Source of the DNA: Ramazzottius varieornatus
Lineage: Eukaryota; Animalia; Tardigrada
Length of the DNA stretch: 64,000 bases
Direction of reading: 5' to 3'
NCBI GenBank assembly: GCA_001949185.1
Contig: BDGG01000021.1
Span: forward strand, 299,452 to 363,451
Part shown: one piece after another, positions 62,808-64,000 of the stretch
How the letters are laid out: every line of letters starts with the position of its first letter
How positions within the stretch are numbered: the first letter of the stretch is position 1
Position numbers and translations under genes: made by a program
The notes under the pieces: generated by a model
The model's input: the letters and a program-made list of their open reading frames with translations, nothing else
The model's database searches: none
What the model was told of the DNA's origin: nothing

Positions 62808-63916
62808 TCATGAATCAAGAGTCTGCCCCCTAGTCTTCATACCATTCCTCATGGTAGAATATCTGGATTTGGAGCGACGAAAAAGCAATTGTATGCGTTG
62901 TTTCAACGTTAACGGTTTACTGGGACTGGGGCTTGATCTTTTCAACCTACGCTTGGTCCGTATCCTATGACTCTTATCGGTAATGAACCTCCGCATTTGT
63001 GCTGACGTGGGAACCGGCTTAATCAGGTTACGCTTCTTGAGGTAGTTAATGGTCAGTGTGGTAATTCCTAGCGTTGCGGAGTACCGTAATGGACCAGCTA
63101 TCTTGTACATGACGAAAGCTGTGGCCAAATACCCCGCACCTCTGACACTCTCTGGGAGACCAAGCTTTGCGAGAACCGGCGTGGCATCAAAGCCTCTGCA
63201 AAGCAACAAACCCATCAGCCAGTGGACCTGGGGCTCTTCTTGCATCATAAACTTATTACTTTAATATGACACGACGTTACTTACCGCAGAGCTAGCAGGT
63301 AGAAGAGTCCATACCAGCCAACGGATAGCATCCCATGCACTGGTATTAAAACATACCAGTAAGCTTTGTACATGGTTTTGAAGCGCAACCATAGCGATCC
63401 AAGGTGGCTGCTGGATTCCGATGAGGGCGGAGACGTCAGCTTCTTCAGTTGCTGATAAAATTGGTCCGCATCATTTCGTCGTGGATCAAAGGTAACTTTC
63501 CCCGCTCTCATCTGGTTCTGTCCTTCACTGGATGTATTTCCCGTTGTTGCGGTCGGAGAAGGCTTGTTTGGCTGACTCAAGGACGGCGTCTGGCTGTATG
63601 GTCTGACCGCCTGGAAACGCAACAGCTGATCGGAAGCACGGCGGCTTATCTGCAGGCAACCACGACGCGCTCCCTCGTTGCTGACAATGCTCGCCGTGCA
63701 GCCACCGGTCTTCGATAACACAGGACGACATCTGACAGCCCTTTCAAGGTTTGAGCCAAGGTTAGTAGCGAATGACCGTGAATCGCAGCTTCCATCCAAC
63801 GATGGATGCCCAAAAGCTGAGATGACATCGCGCAGTGTCCGCGCTCTCGGCTCACCTTGCCTGCAAACAAGAAACAGTGCATAACGGTAATCCAGTACAG
63901 ACCGAGGTACGCTCAT
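62808..63916 (-). CDS. FAM210A: Mitochondrial inner-membrane protein FAM210A-like (DUF1279), 2 exons
   Basis: RFKTMYKAYWYVLIPVH...FYLLALR|GFD...GYLATAFVMYKIAGPLRYSATLG...YLKKRNLIKPVP; Arg/Ser-rich N-terminus. Confidence 0.88.
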
Positions 63917-63973
63917 CTTTCATGAATGTTTCAACAATGTCCGTACTCTGTTCGATCGGTGAAGCACGGACAA

Positions 63974-64000
63974 GGGGGTTTGGGGGGTTTTGGGGGGTTT
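63974..64000 (+). repeat. G-rich tandem repeat (G5-6 T3-4)n running off the window edge
   Basis: GGGGGTTTGGGGGGTTTTGGGGGGTTT, about 3 units visible. Confidence 0.6.

Overview
Eukaryotic (metazoan) genomic DNA, gene-dense, roughly 48-50% GC by eye, with many short (~70-150 bp) spliceosomal introns and one assembly gap (35103-35323). The style is compatible with a compact invertebrate genome such as a eutardigrade (Ramazzottius-like); this is inference, not shown. About 17 spliced protein-coding genes were reconstructed by hand: GCC2-like GRIP golgin (3' end), a Qa syntaxin, fascin, sphingosine kinase, FTSJ3/Spb1, an orphan secreted Gly/Met-rich protein, a shortened TopBP1 head-to-head with DNA ligase IV, ZNHIT2, NDUFA13, MGAT1, ADCK2-like kinase, HMCES/SRAP, CNNM, ANKMY1, an orphan secreted Ser/Thr-rich protein with resilin-like tail, and FAM210A. 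Intergenic and intronic DNA holds several non-autonomous DNA transposons with readable TIRs and TSDs (Harbinger-like, Tc1/mariner-like, hAT-like), two nests of them, a CRE-like retrotransposon 3' fragment and a pipsqueak-HTH transposase relic. Most notable: a TopBP1 lacking BRCT3-6 paired divergently with LIG4, an HMCES with two canonical PIP boxes, a MITE inserted inside a splice donor, at least four GC-AG introns, and two orphan secreted low-complexity proteins. CDS coordinates are gene spans (first to last codon, introns included). All identities come from motif recall, with no database search.
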